This document shows, piece by piece, positions 28,110-37,374 of a stretch of 37,607 bases of DNA. The notes below the pieces were generated by a model. The model saw nothing but the letters and a program-made list of their open reading frames with translations, was not told where the DNA came from and made no database searches. The translations under genes were made by a program, and so were the position numbers. Numbering within the stretch: the stretch's first letter is position 1; each line of letters starts with the position of its first letter. Source of the stretch: a virus (Duplodnaviria; Caudoviricetes). The stretch covers positions 1-37,607 of IMG/VR virus record IMGVR_UViG_3300037634_004403, one strand, 5' to 3'.

Positions 28110-31100
28110 ATGCCAGAAAACATTTCCCTACAATCTATAATAGGCAAAAAAGGCATACCTACCCCATATATTAAAAAGATTACTTTGACGCCTTCCGCTC
28201 GTCCGACAGGGATGGATATGGATTTCGGCGAGGCAAAGTCTCCAATGGGGTTGTTAGCTAGGGTTGAGCTATGTTTAACGGACTTGAGAAAAAGAAAAAG
28301 ATTTCAATGGGTAGGCGACGAAAGACTACAAAAATACTTACGGATCAGAATAATTGAAAGCAGAGACCCGAAACTAACTGAAATGCTAGCAGATGGAGGC
28401 TTTACCTCAGCTAAACTAAAGCGAGCAAAAAGAAAGTATAATTTTAGAGAAAAGTTCCTAAGCCTGAGAAATGATAGAGACATTGAGAGCGTAGAGAGGT
28501 ACAGACAAGGGAAGGGCGTTACTGTATATATGATCCCTTACGAAGCCGAATTCTTTATACCCAGCCAGAGACCTCCTCATTTGGCTTATTTTTGTTCTTG
28601 TTATATGGACACCCGTGAATTAACTAGGGACTTTGGCGCTAAGTTTAAAAATAGAAGATTTAGAGAAGTGCAAGGATATGTTGCTGGAGATATAGTCATT
28701 TCTAACGGGCGCCCAATCACCGGTGCCTCAGTATATCATTTATCAAATGGGGATATACACCCAGGTGCTGTGCATTTTCAAAAAACGCCAAAGGGCGGCA
28801 AGTATATGGCCGGCCCCCGACATACCCAACAGCCCCACCCTGTTTTAAAAAGAGTACAAATACCTAATTTTAAAGTTCAAGATCAGAGAGCGCTCAAGAT
28901 GCTAGAAAATCTTGAATTCAACCTCCGAACCGACGACGAGGTTTTTGATAAAGTAAGAAAGAACTTCCCAAAGAGAATGGCAGCCCCTCCTCGACACAGC
29001 AAAAAACCTAACTTTATATCTAATGCTTTTGTTTCCAGAGACTCAGACGGGAAACCAAATTTAGTATTTTCTGTTGACACCCGCAGGATCTTAATGGAGA
29101 AGGGCCAGTTTGGAAAGATATTGAGCACAGAAAACACAGAAGTGTTTAAAAAGATTGCGGATACTTCTAAGATCTTGTCATTTAATTTGTTCCGCAGAAG
29201 AGTAAGAAAAAACAGGCTAGGCAGCAATCCCAGATCTGGTTATAAGCGTTACGACGAAAATACCAAAAGAGAATTAATAGTGAGGAACTCAGAGAGAATT
29301 GCTGGCCAATTTAGAAGAAAAGTATACAAAAGAGATAGAATCGGGGACGGAGAGAGTAAGACTCGTATAGGGTTTGTAAAAGAGTTTGATCTCCAGAACA
29401 CAAGCAGATTAAGAACATTTTCTTGTACAGACTTTAGCATGGCCAAAGTCACAGATGGGGTTTATCAATATATAGTAGAGATAGAAATGGAAGATGGAAC
29501 TCTGGAGTTCGTGCTCGATGTTTTGAGAAAACTCAAAAGAAACAAAAGAAGACTTCTAAGATATTATAACAATTCACAGCTCCCGGGAAATTACAATTTT
29601 AATTCAAACAAGTTTACAAAAAAATTCATAGACCAACAGAGTGAGCGCTATCCGCAACTTTCCGACGATATGATTAATAATACACCAAACTTGGAAAGAC
29701 AAAAAGAAAACCCAAGAAATTCTTCGGAGGCTCCTTGGAACAGGGCCATTGTTGTGATGCTAGAGTCCATTAGCGCTTTGACCAATATTTCAAGTGATAA
29801 TATAGGATTTATAGCTTCTAATCTACATTCTATGATTAATCCCAAGACAGGAACACCTGAAGGTCTGGCTAATTTTGTTGATGCTTACGAAAAAATAGAA
29901 CAAAAGATTAGGAGACTGCTAGGCCACCGCGGCACAGGCGAAACAGAGTTCGATGTTAGTGTTAAGTCATCTATTCACAAGGAAAGATTTAAAAAATCAA
30001 CAATTAAGGTTCGGAAAAGATTTAAACAAGTTTTCAATAGTGATGTGGCAAAGGGTATTGAATACGATTTTCTTGGTGGTCGCAAAACCAACCGGGGCGG
30101 GATGAGAGAAATAACTATTGATTTTTATCAAAATCGTTTAGACGATGAAAATTCTAAGTATTTTTCTGGGCCCCGCCGGCGCTCAGATGATCCGCTATCG
30201 GATCTTCGAACCGCTGAATATGCATATTTAACCCCTGCAAGGGTTAAGTATGGTATAAAAACATTGAAGATATTAAATTCTGGTAAAGCTTTGTGGAACA
30301 GGAAGCGCTACAACGAGGCGACAAGAGTTATAGCGTCGATGCGTATGGATCCAACCAGAGAAGAACTTTCGGCTCCTGTGGGCACGGCCAAAAATTTTGC
30401 TGGTGCCCGTGGTCTAAAGGAAACATTATCTAGGAACATTTTACGTGCTCATGGAATTTCAATTGAGCCTCCTCGTCCCCGCCCGCCACGCAATGTTGTT
30501 GAAAAGGAAGAAGTTGGTGTAATTGAGACAGAAGAGATAATTGGAAAAGAAACATTGTCGCAATTGACTGAGCAAGCGCTCATTTTAGTTGAGGAAGATT
30601 TTGAAGAAGAGGCAGAAATATTGGAAGAGGAGAATACTCGCACTCGCCGTAAATTTGAGCCACTAAACGCACTTTTTGTAGAAAGGCTGATTAATAGAGA
30701 TTCCTCCGATATCTTTCGCGTGGCAGAACGAAAGGGTGTCGCTCCTGGTCTTGCCGGCTTTAATTTACAGAAAAGCGATAATATTTATGAAAAACTATTC
30801 CGCGACAAGCCTGGAATGGAAAACAAAATAAGGACTTTACCAAATCAAATTAAGTCGCTGTTTTTGTCGAACAGACCGCTGACAATTAACAAGTGGAATA
30901 GCACAGAAACGGATTTCCTGCTCAACTCAGAAACCTTCGAAATGTTTAGATATAATTATTTTATGTTGCAAAGAGTAGAATATCTTGCCGGCTTTGAAAC
31001 TTCTGACATCGATGGTCGACAAGTAACAAAACCAATATTTAATTTGATGACCCCAGCAGCACTTAACTCTAATTCTGAAAAAAGTTTGTTATGTAGAATG

Positions 31101-31541
31101 TCCTCTTATAAGAACACTTCTGTATATGCAGATATACCAAAGCAGCTTCGTCTTCCAATTAGAGATAGGTATTTCTTGATTAAGTTTGGTGATCCATCTG
31201 CTGAGGCCCTAGAAGATGAAGTCACCGAGGCAGAGGAGCCACTAGACCGCGCTGCTCGCCGTCTGGCTAGAACAACCTCTTTGGATCGAACAGCCCACCG
31301 CATAATGCAGATTCTCTTAGAGAAAGAAGGAAGAGCAGAGAGCTATTATCAGTATGCCACCACGATATTTATTAAACAACCCAGAGATTTAATTCAGGAA
31401 GGTGCCGAGATCAAATCACGGCTAGCTCAATCTCCTCCGTCACCCACTACCCGTACCAGGCGCGCCACACAAACAATGGAGGCCTCCCCCTCTGCTCAAT
31501 CCGCACAGGGAACTAGAGGCTCCACCGGGGGTGAGTATTAA
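28110..31541 (+). CDS. Large, very basic hypothetical protein (probably virion-associated) with a His-rich motif
   Basis: 1143 aa with many K/R clusters, and the motif YHLSNGDIHPGAVH...YMAGPRHTQQPHPVL. Confidence 0.7.
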   Translation: MPENISLQSIIGKKGIPTPYIKKITLTPSARPTGMDMDFGEAKSPMGLLARVELCLTDLRKRKRFQWVGDERLQKYLRIRIIESRDPKLTEMLADGGFTSAKLKRAKRKYNFREKFLSLRNDRDIESVERYRQGKGVTVYMIPYEAEFFIPSQRPPHLAYFCSCYMDTRELTRDFGAKFKNRRFREVQGYVAGDIVISNGRPITGASVYHLSNGDIHPGAVHFQKTPKGGKYMAGPRHTQQPHPVLKRVQIPNFKVQDQRALKMLENLEFNLRTDDEVFDKVRKNFPKRMAAPPRHSKKPNFISNAFVSRDSDGKPNLVFSVDTRRILMEKGQFGKILSTENTEVFKKIADTSKILSFNLFRRRVRKNRLGSNPRSGYKRYDENTKRELIVRNSERIAGQFRRKVYKRDRIGDGESKTRIGFVKEFDLQNTSRLRTFSCTDFSMAKVTDGVYQYIVEIEMEDGTLEFVLDVLRKLKRNKRRLLRYYNNSQLPGNYNFNSNKFTKKFIDQQSERYPQLSDDMINNTPNLERQKENPRNSSEAPWNRAIVVMLESISALTNISSDNIGFIASNLHSMINPKTGTPEGLANFVDAYEKIEQKIRRLLGHRGTGETEFDVSVKSSIHKERFKKSTIKVRKRFKQVFNSDVAKGIEYDFLGGRKTNRGGMREITIDFYQNRLDDENSKYFSGPRRRSDDPLSDLRTAEYAYLTPARVKYGIKTLKILNSGKALWNRKRYNEATRVIASMRMDPTREELSAPVGTAKNFAGARGLKETLSRNILRAHGISIEPPRPRPPRNVVEKEEVGVIETEEIIGKETLSQLTEQALILVEEDFEEEAEILEEENTRTRRKFEPLNALFVERLINRDSSDIFRVAERKGVAPGLAGFNLQKSDNIYEKLFRDKPGMENKIRTLPNQIKSLFLSNRPLTINKWNSTETDFLLNSETFEMFRYNYFMLQRVEYLAGFETSDIDGRQVTKPIFNLMTPAALNSNSEKSLLCRMSSYKNTSVYADIPKQLRLPIRDRYFLIKFGDPSAEALEDEVTEAEEPLDRAARRLARTTSLDRTAHRIMQILLEKEGRAESYYQYATTIFIKQPRDLIQEGAEIKSRLAQSPPSPTTRTRRATQTMEASPSAQSAQGTRGSTGGEY

Positions 31542-31543
31542 AA

Positions 31544-33865
31544 ATGCCTAACAAAACTAGTAAATATGTAAGTGATTTAATTGTAAATTCTGATACCGTT
31601 CCGATACGAGATCCGTTTCGGGCCGCCCTGGGAAGTTACTGGAAAGAAGACCGCTCCCGTCGCACTGGGCGACAGGAACTGGTATTTAAGGATTATCTGA
31701 ATAACGAAGATAGAAAAGTTGATGTCTCTTTCGCAACAGAGCAGGATTATAGAGACGAAGACGAAACACAAACTTTACCTGCCCGGAAAATTACGTTAGT
31801 TATTGATCCCCATGATGTTGATTTCCTCCAAGAAGGCGTCGGAGAACATGATGTCGCAGGTATGCAAGCGGACTTTAAGGAATATCTTATAGGCGCAATT
31901 GATTCGGGGCATGAATTCTTTGAAGATCATCACTTCAAAATTAATAAACCTTTAACATCTGCCGAAAAAGTAATCGTTGCAGACGCTGATGCCTCTTTGT
32001 CTTCAGATGTAAACATAGAGTTTAAATATAATTTTTATAATGAATTCTATGAGGAAGCAATTCAGGATCCCATACGACCCGAAATACAGATTGAAAACGT
32101 TTATAATTATATTTTTGAACCGCTCACACCCCGTGCCGGCCGCGGCCCGATGGGTAGAGCGGCCGGTATAAAAAAAGTTACTTTATTACTAAAAGGGGTG
32201 GATGTGTTTGATGATTTGTCAGACATTACAATTCCTTCGAACGAGGCCATAGGATATAAAAATGTGTATATTCCATATGAACACACAAGGGAATTAAATG
32301 AGCATTCAAACTTGAGCAAAGTTTGGCCTATGAGCGTTAATATTAGAATGAAGTTCGATACGAATTCTATGTTGCCAGGAGTTCTAAATGAACATTTTTT
32401 GGCTGAGCATTTAATTCGTCATGCATCTGAGGATCCGATTTATCCGGTGCCTTATAAAATTGATGAACAATCATATGATGAAACGGGTAGAATATATTCT
32501 ACTCTATTATCAGATAGAATAAAAGAAGTTAATGTATTGAGATGGTTTGAAGATAGGCTCTCCGAACTCGGCCGGGCCTCCTCTGAGCTTCCGAGTAACT
32601 ATACATTTTTAGGAGACACCACCGAAGGCACTCTTGTATCTATCGGGATTAGATCTGATTATCTTCTTCTTACCAGCTTCATAGAGAGCTTAGCTAACTT
32701 ATCTGAATCTAGGCGCAGATCCTTTGAGGACATACTAAATGGTGTTGAGGCTCCGTCTGAAATCGTAGCTTATAAAATATCAAAAATAGATGCGGCCCGT
32801 CCTGATGGTGACCCAATACAAGATTTTTGGATTTTTAACACAAACGACGAAGTAGATATAATGGACTTTATTGATACACAGGTTAAATACTCTAAAAAGT
32901 ATCGATATGTGGTGTCTGCTTTGTATGCTGTTTATGGAACGGCTTATAGTTACGGTGAGCCATGGTTTTCCTCGACCGGCGCCGAAACCTACACTGGCCT
33001 CCGAGGCCGCGTTGATGTTGTAACGCGCCCCACACTCCGTATGTATGAGATTCCAATTTACGAAAATATAGGACAGATTATAGAGAATCCTCCGGTCCCT
33101 CCCTCAATTGATATAATTCCTTACCGCGGCGTCGGGAATAAAATGAGATTTCACATGAATGGGGGCACCGGACTTTATTTGTCCGACCCGATTATACTGA
33201 GGGACAGGGACGAAGCTTTCTATGCAGATTATCGACAAACTTATGAATTAGAAACAGATGCTCCCATTACGTTTAAGAACGATGATGCCGTGTCTGCCTT
33301 TGAAATATTTAGAATAGACAAGCATCCGACTACTTATGATGACTTTAGAAATAAATTACGAAGAAGAGTGTCAACCGATGTAAACCCTCGTTCTCCCCTT
33401 AAGGCTTCGTCAGCCACTTATATTGAACCAATCATTCCTAATAAGAAATTTTACTATATTTTTAGAGCGCTCGATGTTCATGGCCAGCCATCTTTGCCAT
33501 CGATTGTTTACAGGATAGAAATGATTGACGACGGCGCAACAATTTTTCCTATTATAGAAGCTGTTGACTTTTTGTCAGAGTACGAAATAGAAAAACGAAA
33601 CAAAATGCCAGTTAGATCTTTTAGAAAATTGTTCTATATAGCCCCAAAGTTTTCACACTCTTATTTCAATAGAGCTAATTCTGATATGGTCGGCGCACCA
33701 ACGGCCAAATTGCATGGCCCGGATGTATATTTAGGCGGAGAAGATGAAGCTATATGGAAAAAGAAATATAGAGTAAGGCTTATATCAAAATCGACTGGCA
33801 AGAAAATTGATTTTAACTTCGAAGTTAACCACAAACATATTGAAACCGAAAAGGAAAGAAACTAA
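31544..33865 (+). CDS. Hypothetical virion protein with fibronectin-III-like beta-sandwich segments
   Basis: FIDTQVKYSKKYRYVVSA and YIEPIIPNKKFYYIFRALDVHGQPSLPS resemble FN3 C-terminal strands. Acidic N-terminal half. Confidence 0.55.
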   Translation: MPNKTSKYVSDLIVNSDTVPIRDPFRAALGSYWKEDRSRRTGRQELVFKDYLNNEDRKVDVSFATEQDYRDEDETQTLPARKITLVIDPHDVDFLQEGVGEHDVAGMQADFKEYLIGAIDSGHEFFEDHHFKINKPLTSAEKVIVADADASLSSDVNIEFKYNFYNEFYEEAIQDPIRPEIQIENVYNYIFEPLTPRAGRGPMGRAAGIKKVTLLLKGVDVFDDLSDITIPSNEAIGYKNVYIPYEHTRELNEHSNLSKVWPMSVNIRMKFDTNSMLPGVLNEHFLAEHLIRHASEDPIYPVPYKIDEQSYDETGRIYSTLLSDRIKEVNVLRWFEDRLSELGRASSELPSNYTFLGDTTEGTLVSIGIRSDYLLLTSFIESLANLSESRRRSFEDILNGVEAPSEIVAYKISKIDAARPDGDPIQDFWIFNTNDEVDIMDFIDTQVKYSKKYRYVVSALYAVYGTAYSYGEPWFSSTGAETYTGLRGRVDVVTRPTLRMYEIPIYENIGQIIENPPVPPSIDIIPYRGVGNKMRFHMNGGTGLYLSDPIILRDRDEAFYADYRQTYELETDAPITFKNDDAVSAFEIFRIDKHPTTYDDFRNKLRRRVSTDVNPRSPLKASSATYIEPIIPNKKFYYIFRALDVHGQPSLPSIVYRIEMIDDGATIFPIIEAVDFLSEYEIEKRNKMPVRSFRKLFYIAPKFSHSYFNRANSDMVGAPTAKLHGPDVYLGGEDEAIWKKKYRVRLISKSTGKKIDFNFEVNHKHIETEKERN

Positions 33866-33873
33866 TGTTTGAT

Positions 33874-33882
33874 ACTATTTAT
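33874..33882 (+). promoter_or_regulatory. Putative late promoter motif ACTATTTAT
   Basis: Intergenic copy 32 nt upstream of ATG 33915. Confidence 0.6.
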
Positions 33883-33914
33883 AAACATAGAGTTGCACAA
33901 AAGGAAGGTAATAG

Positions 33915-34847
33915 ATGGGATTTTTAGATAACTCTGGTGACATCATATTAGATGCCGTCCTCACTGATACGGGTAGGATGCGATTAGCCAGGGGAGACGG
34001 AAGTTTTAAGATTGTAAAGTTTGCCCTTGGTGATGATGAAATTAATTATGAGCGGTATAATAAGGACCACGCTAGCGGCTCTGCATATTATGATTTGGAA
34101 ATTCTGCAAACACCGGTTCTTGAGGCCTTCACCGACAATGCAGCTTCCATGAAGTCAAAACTCATATCAATCCCCAGAACTAATTTACTTTATTTGCCCA
34201 TACTTAAGCTTAATGATGTATTTAACGGCTCTGTCCAAAGACACGCCGGAACAAAGAAGTATATGATTGCTGCTGATGATGACACAGAAGATGAATTTTC
34301 GGTTGATACTAGCACCGATCCAATTGCCGGTGTTTTATACGGTGAGCGTCCTCAGCAGGGCGATAACCATATTCGTGTTGATCAGGGCCTAGACTCTAAT
34401 TATGAATTATCTCCAAGCAGAAATCTCGACGCGGATCTCGTAGAAACCCAGTATATGGTTGAGATCGATAATCGATTAGGTTCGATAGTATCAGTAGACG
34501 GTGATACCGCAACGCCGTCTTTTATCGACGACGATCAGATAGCTACATATTATTTCTCTTTGGGAACTGACGGGCAGTTTGTTTCAGAAATAACCAGCAA
34601 GAGCACGAACACGGGTGAACAGGTGATTGCCGGCCCCCGCGGAACCAAAGTGAAGTTTAAGGTTCTGGCATCGCTTGAGCTAAATACTAGTAACTATCTG
34701 TTTGATAAGTTGGGCTCCGCGGCGACACTCCATGGTCAAACAAGCACCACGACATCTATCAAGCAAATAAACGCAACGATTAGAATCACTGGGGCGACAA
34801 CTGGTTACAGAATAGATGTTCCGATTAGATTTATCAAGAAACAATAA
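33915..34847 (+). CDS. Virion structural protein; N-terminus resembles the first half of the tail-fibre collar (P2 gpH N-terminal/DUF3751) domain
   Basis: DAVLTDTGRMRLARG..FKIVKFALGD resembles the LTxxGxxxLA...T.MAxGD start of P2 gpH-type fibres. AGGAAGG SD. Confidence 0.6.
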   Translation: MGFLDNSGDIILDAVLTDTGRMRLARGDGSFKIVKFALGDDEINYERYNKDHASGSAYYDLEILQTPVLEAFTDNAASMKSKLISIPRTNLLYLPILKLNDVFNGSVQRHAGTKKYMIAADDDTEDEFSVDTSTDPIAGVLYGERPQQGDNHIRVDQGLDSNYELSPSRNLDADLVETQYMVEIDNRLGSIVSVDGDTATPSFIDDDQIATYYFSLGTDGQFVSEITSKSTNTGEQVIAGPRGTKVKFKVLASLELNTSNYLFDKLGSAATLHGQTSTTTSIKQINATIRITGATTGYRIDVPIRFIKKQ

Positions 34848-34859
34848 CAGGATATAAAA

Positions 34860-35945
34860 ATGGCAACCATATTTAAGAATTTTTCAAACACCGACATTGC
34901 CTCGACTAGAACCCTTTTACATGAGGCGATTCCAATTACAGGTTCGATCATCTCGGGTACCTATCAAAGAGGAGAGGGCGGTACCGAGGAAAATATTAAA
35001 AACTATTCCCATGGAATATTTCAGAGCGTATATGATTATCCTTATCTAAGTTCTTCAGCGAACCATATTTTTGATATTACTGTAGGATACTCAAACACCA
35101 TATCGAGTTCGGCCTATACTCAGAATACTAAAAAAGTAAATATTTATTACCAAATGTCTCAACTGCTGAATGGTTATGATCATACCGGGTCGATTAAGAA
35201 GTTTCAGACATCTGGTGGCACCGATCAGGATGCAATGGTATTCTTTAATTTTGCCAGATTGTTGACTAAAGACGAAGTTAAAAAAGAATCATATATTATG
35301 ACCCTCGCCTCCGGCGGCACTTGGGAAGACAGTCTTAAGTTTACTGACTTAGTTACTATTAAAGATTTGAGTGGCAGTTCTCAATATCGTGTTGATTCAC
35401 CGGCCGGTGAATATGGATATTTGATGTCGCAGTCCGCCGGAGAAAATTCTAATAACTTTGCGTCTGGAGACAATCATACTGAAATCGGTAAAATTTACTA
35501 CCAGGCCGGTATTGTGGCCTTGACAGCATCTATGGGATTGGCAACGATCGCTCATGGCGGCACAGGCTCCGTTTATGATAATTTTAGCGTCAATCCAAAA
35601 GAAACAATTAGTGCGGCAGTGACTGGCGCGACCATCCAGACCTTTGCCAGCGCTGTAAGAAACAAGATTAATAAAATTTCTTTCAACAATACTACGGAAT
35701 TAAACTCAACAATTTACTTCTGCCGGGTGCATCATAATGATTTCAACTATAGTTCAAATCCAACATACCTAACAGCCAGTAAGCTCCGAGTAAAAACGAA
35801 TGCAACTGATCAGCCAGTGTCTTATATAACATCGGTTGGTCTATATAGCGCTGACAACGAGCTATTAGCGGTAGCTAAGCTTTCTGAACCTCTCAAGAAA
35901 GATCCGACGAATGAATTGACTCTGAGAGTTAGGCTAGATTACTAG
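34860..35945 (+). CDS. Virion structural protein, paralogue of 35956..37374
   Basis: C-terminus FNYSSNPTY...SYITSVGLYSADNELLAVAKLSEPLKKD..ELTLRVRLDY. Confidence 0.7.
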   Translation: MATIFKNFSNTDIASTRTLLHEAIPITGSIISGTYQRGEGGTEENIKNYSHGIFQSVYDYPYLSSSANHIFDITVGYSNTISSSAYTQNTKKVNIYYQMSQLLNGYDHTGSIKKFQTSGGTDQDAMVFFNFARLLTKDEVKKESYIMTLASGGTWEDSLKFTDLVTIKDLSGSSQYRVDSPAGEYGYLMSQSAGENSNNFASGDNHTEIGKIYYQAGIVALTASMGLATIAHGGTGSVYDNFSVNPKETISAAVTGATIQTFASAVRNKINKISFNNTTELNSTIYFCRVHHNDFNYSSNPTYLTASKLRVKTNATDQPVSYITSVGLYSADNELLAVAKLSEPLKKDPTNELTLRVRLDY

Positions 35946-35955
35946 GGGGATTATT

Positions 35956-37374
35956 ATGCCTCTGTATAAATTCGGGCCAAATGATGTTTATCACAACACG
36001 ATAAAGGCACATCCAAGCTGTTCCTTTTTCATATATGATGAGCAGGTCTTCTACAATAACAAGACTGCTATATCTGGTGCTTTCGTTGATGGTCATTCTG
36101 GGATAGGTAAGACCGGATATATAAATCTGTATGAACTAAACATAGATCGCAAAAAAGATACGAATACTGGCATTTACATTGGTGACACCGGAGAAGCGTA
36201 CAAAGTAGAGGATAAAGGAGTAATTTATCCTTATACGATTAAGCAGGGAGATCAAAGTGAGGCGTTTAAAACCATAAGTGCCGTTCAGTTCACCAACATT
36301 TATGGAATCGGTGACGTAATGTCGGGCTCCTATAGTCTGTCGGCATCAATAGCAAGAGAATTCTACCCCGCCAATCACTCAGACACTTTTTCTAATTTTC
36401 ATGCAAAAGGAGGCAATAACACCCTCGGCTGTATATACACGTCCGACGCGTTACCAATAGAGGAACACGTTAGAATCTTAAAGACTTTTGCGTCTGGTTC
36501 GCATATTGATGCTCTTCGAACAAGGTTAGATTATAATTCTATTTTAAGCGATCATTATCACTATACGGCTTCCGGGGCAGACGCCGGCTCCCATTGGGAC
36601 AAGAGCAAACAAGCTGTAAATTTAGTTTCCATCCCGAGCATTTTTTACGGCTCAGGTATTAAAAAAGGTTCTGTTAGCTTAAAATATTTCATTTCCGGAA
36701 CGCTTGTTGGCGAACTCCGAGACTTGAATAACAATGGCGAGCTAATCCAAATTGAGCCTTCACAGGGCTCAATTTCACAGGGTTCGGGAAATGTCGCCGG
36801 CGTCGTCATGTATAACGAGGGTTTCATGGTCTTGACTGGTAGCTGGACATTGGGTCACTTAGGGGCCGGCGCACCAACTTTTAATGATAGAGATGTTTTT
36901 GGTGCCACCGTATCTAGTGTTGGTCCTTCATGGCTTAGGTTTGCTCACGGTGTGAATTCCGGGATTGGAAGTGTAGCCGAATCTCCTCTCGGAAAAGGAA
37001 CCAATCCATCTTCCAGTTACCTAATGGAATTCTTGGGCACAAGCCATATTTCAACGATTTCTATGATGGCGCATGCGAAGAAGGGCGAATTGAATTGGTC
37101 GAATAACCCTTCTTTCATAAGCTCAAGTGCTAGTAGTTCCTACGTTTCGCCTCGTGCCGGCGGCTATCGTTATTATGAAAAAGAGCTAAAGATCAAAAAC
37201 ATTGTCAGCTCCTCTTATTCCCAGGTAACAGGAAGCTTTGAGAGGACAACATATATATCAAAAGTTGGCATATACGATAAAGACAAAAACCTGATAGCTA
37301 TCGCCTCTGTTGCCAACCCAGTCAAAAAAACTGAAGATAGAGACTTGACATTCAAGTTAAAACTTGATATATAG
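35956..37374 (+). CDS. Virion structural protein, paralogue of 34860..35945
   Basis: C-terminus LNWSNNPSF...TYISKVGIYDKDKNLIAIASVANPVKKTEDRDLTFKLKLDI. Also shares IKKGSV/VKKESY and GVVMYNEG/GKIYYQAG blocks with its paralogue. Confidence 0.7.
   Translation: MPLYKFGPNDVYHNTIKAHPSCSFFIYDEQVFYNNKTAISGAFVDGHSGIGKTGYINLYELNIDRKKDTNTGIYIGDTGEAYKVEDKGVIYPYTIKQGDQSEAFKTISAVQFTNIYGIGDVMSGSYSLSASIAREFYPANHSDTFSNFHAKGGNNTLGCIYTSDALPIEEHVRILKTFASGSHIDALRTRLDYNSILSDHYHYTASGADAGSHWDKSKQAVNLVSIPSIFYGSGIKKGSVSLKYFISGTLVGELRDLNNNGELIQIEPSQGSISQGSGNVAGVVMYNEGFMVLTGSWTLGHLGAGAPTFNDRDVFGATVSSVGPSWLRFAHGVNSGIGSVAESPLGKGTNPSSSYLMEFLGTSHISTISMMAHAKKGELNWSNNPSFISSSASSSYVSPRAGGYRYYEKELKIKNIVSSSYSQVTGSFERTTYISKVGIYDKDKNLIAIASVANPVKKTEDRDLTFKLKLDI

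Noticed and set aside
778-36827. Numerous 60-155 aa alternative-frame and antisense ORFs in the track
   Set aside because: All lie inside long, well-supported plus-strand genes and show no recognisable motifs.
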